Below, piece after piece: positions 63,038 through 64,000 of a DNA stretch of 64,000 nt. This stretch comes from Lophium mytilinum (lineage: Eukaryota). The stretch is taken from contig MU004183.1 of the NCBI GenBank assembly GCA_010093605.1, forward strand, positions 1,178,001 to 1,242,000. Reading direction: 5' to 3'. How positions within the stretch are numbered: the stretch's first letter is position 1; every line of letters starts with the position of its first letter. A program made the translations under genes and the position numbers. Below the pieces are notes generated by a model that was given only the letters and a program-made list of their open reading frames with translations, made no database searches and was not told the DNA's origin.

Positions 63038-64000
63038 ATGGCTCCTGATTTGAATTCCGTTCCCGCTTCACCGCGTCCCGCTGCAAACTCAGTCTCAGCC
63101 CCACAGCAAAGCTCGCAGCAATCCTCCGCTACAACCTCTCGACGCGCATCGCAGATATTCCCAATGAGCCCACCACCACTGCCTCTGGCGTCCCCAGGCG
63201 GCACGATCCTCGCAGCTTCACAGCATGGTCATCAGCCGTTTCCCCCTCTGAGTCCGAGTCTCACGGGGCCGTTTCCCAGCGTCGATGCCAGCGGAGTGCC
63301 GATGAGACATCCCAGGCCTCTGACCGCAGCCGAACTACATATGGAATGCGAGAAAGAGCAGGAAGCCGTCGTATGTATAGAGTCTCTCTATATGCCAATT
63401 TCTTCACACTCATATACCGCCCTTACTATGAAAACAATACTTCTTTAACCCACTTTACCCCTCGCCAACCCCTCTTCTGTATATAACACTTATTGAAATA
63501 CGCGATATCAGGTCAACCGCCTCACTCGGGAGCTATCCAACCTCAGGGCGCACTCTGCGTCCGTCGCCTCCACCGCCAGCTCTACTTCCAACAACCCAGG
63601 CCTCCTCCTTGACACCTCGGACCCCGCAACCACTCACGGTCCGACCCACCCAACAGCCTCGCGCCGCCACCGCAGCTCGTCAAGTGTCAGCCGTACCTCT
63701 GCAGGTATCCCGCTCAACGCTACGACAGTGGGGATTCCACACCAGCACCGGTATTCGGGTGCGGCACAGCAGGAGCGGGATGCGAGAAGTGCGTCGGTTG
63801 TTTCCACGCCCAGGTATGAAGAGGTGGCGCATTACAAACTTGAGCTGGACGATGCAAAGCGGGAGAATGATATGCTGCGGAGGCGTATCAGAGAGTTGGA
63901 AGGGTTGGTGAGGGAGAGGAGGGGGAGCACGAGTGGAAGTGAGGTTAGTCGGAGGGGAAGGAGCGGTGCTGGAGAACGTGTGGCCGCTGATAGAGAGGCT
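63038..64000 (+). CDS. Conserved fungal hypothetical Ser-rich/coiled-coil protein, runs off the window end
   Basis: PRPLTAAELHMECEKEQEAV|VNRLTRELSNLRAHSASVAS...RYEEVAHYKLELDDAKRENDMLRRRIRELE. Intron ~63371-63511. Confidence 0.75.

Noticed and set aside
1..64000. CRISPR arrays, rRNA genes, prokaryotic operons or a secondary-metabolite cluster
   Set aside because: No repeat-spacer arrays, rRNA-like sequence or PKS/NRPS/terpene backbone gene was seen; the window is intron-containing fungal DNA.

Overview
Eukaryotic DNA from a filamentous ascomycete (Pezizomycotina, probably a Dothideomycete; the taxon is an inference). Genes are compact with short GT-AG introns and CTRAC/CTAAC branch sites. There are about 19 intact or partial protein-coding genes: a Spa2-homology/F-box fusion, a rhodanese-PTP phosphatase, Nse1, Csm3/Swi3, THOC1, a homeobox TF, eIF4G, a small Gly/Thr-rich 11-mer-repeat protein, enoyl-CoA hydratase, Rer1, a ferric reductase, a Tre1/GCPII-like protein, a PTS2-bearing SDR, ferroportin, a Rab GTPase, an RRM protein, a carbon-nitrogen hydrolase, eIF3L and a truncated conserved hypothetical gene. 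Two AT-rich, TpA-rich islands typical of RIP (about 1.8-7.4 kb and 18.7-21.6 kb) contain a family of ~260-bp solo LTRs, an 847-bp Mutator-like deletion derivative and GATA microsatellites. Main findings: (1) two inverted solo LTRs have reciprocally swapped target-site duplications, indicating a ~1.4-kb LTR-mediated inversion; (2) a host membrane-protein gene is split by a solo LTR, and only the half lying between two direct LTR copies is heavily RIP-mutated; (3) a diverged Spa2/GIT SHD module is fused in frame to an F-box protein; (4) there is a possible metal-homeostasis neighbourhood with an SreA-type GATA site; (5) there are three GC-AG introns and several 3n stop-free introns. All calls come from reading the sequence; no database searches were run.
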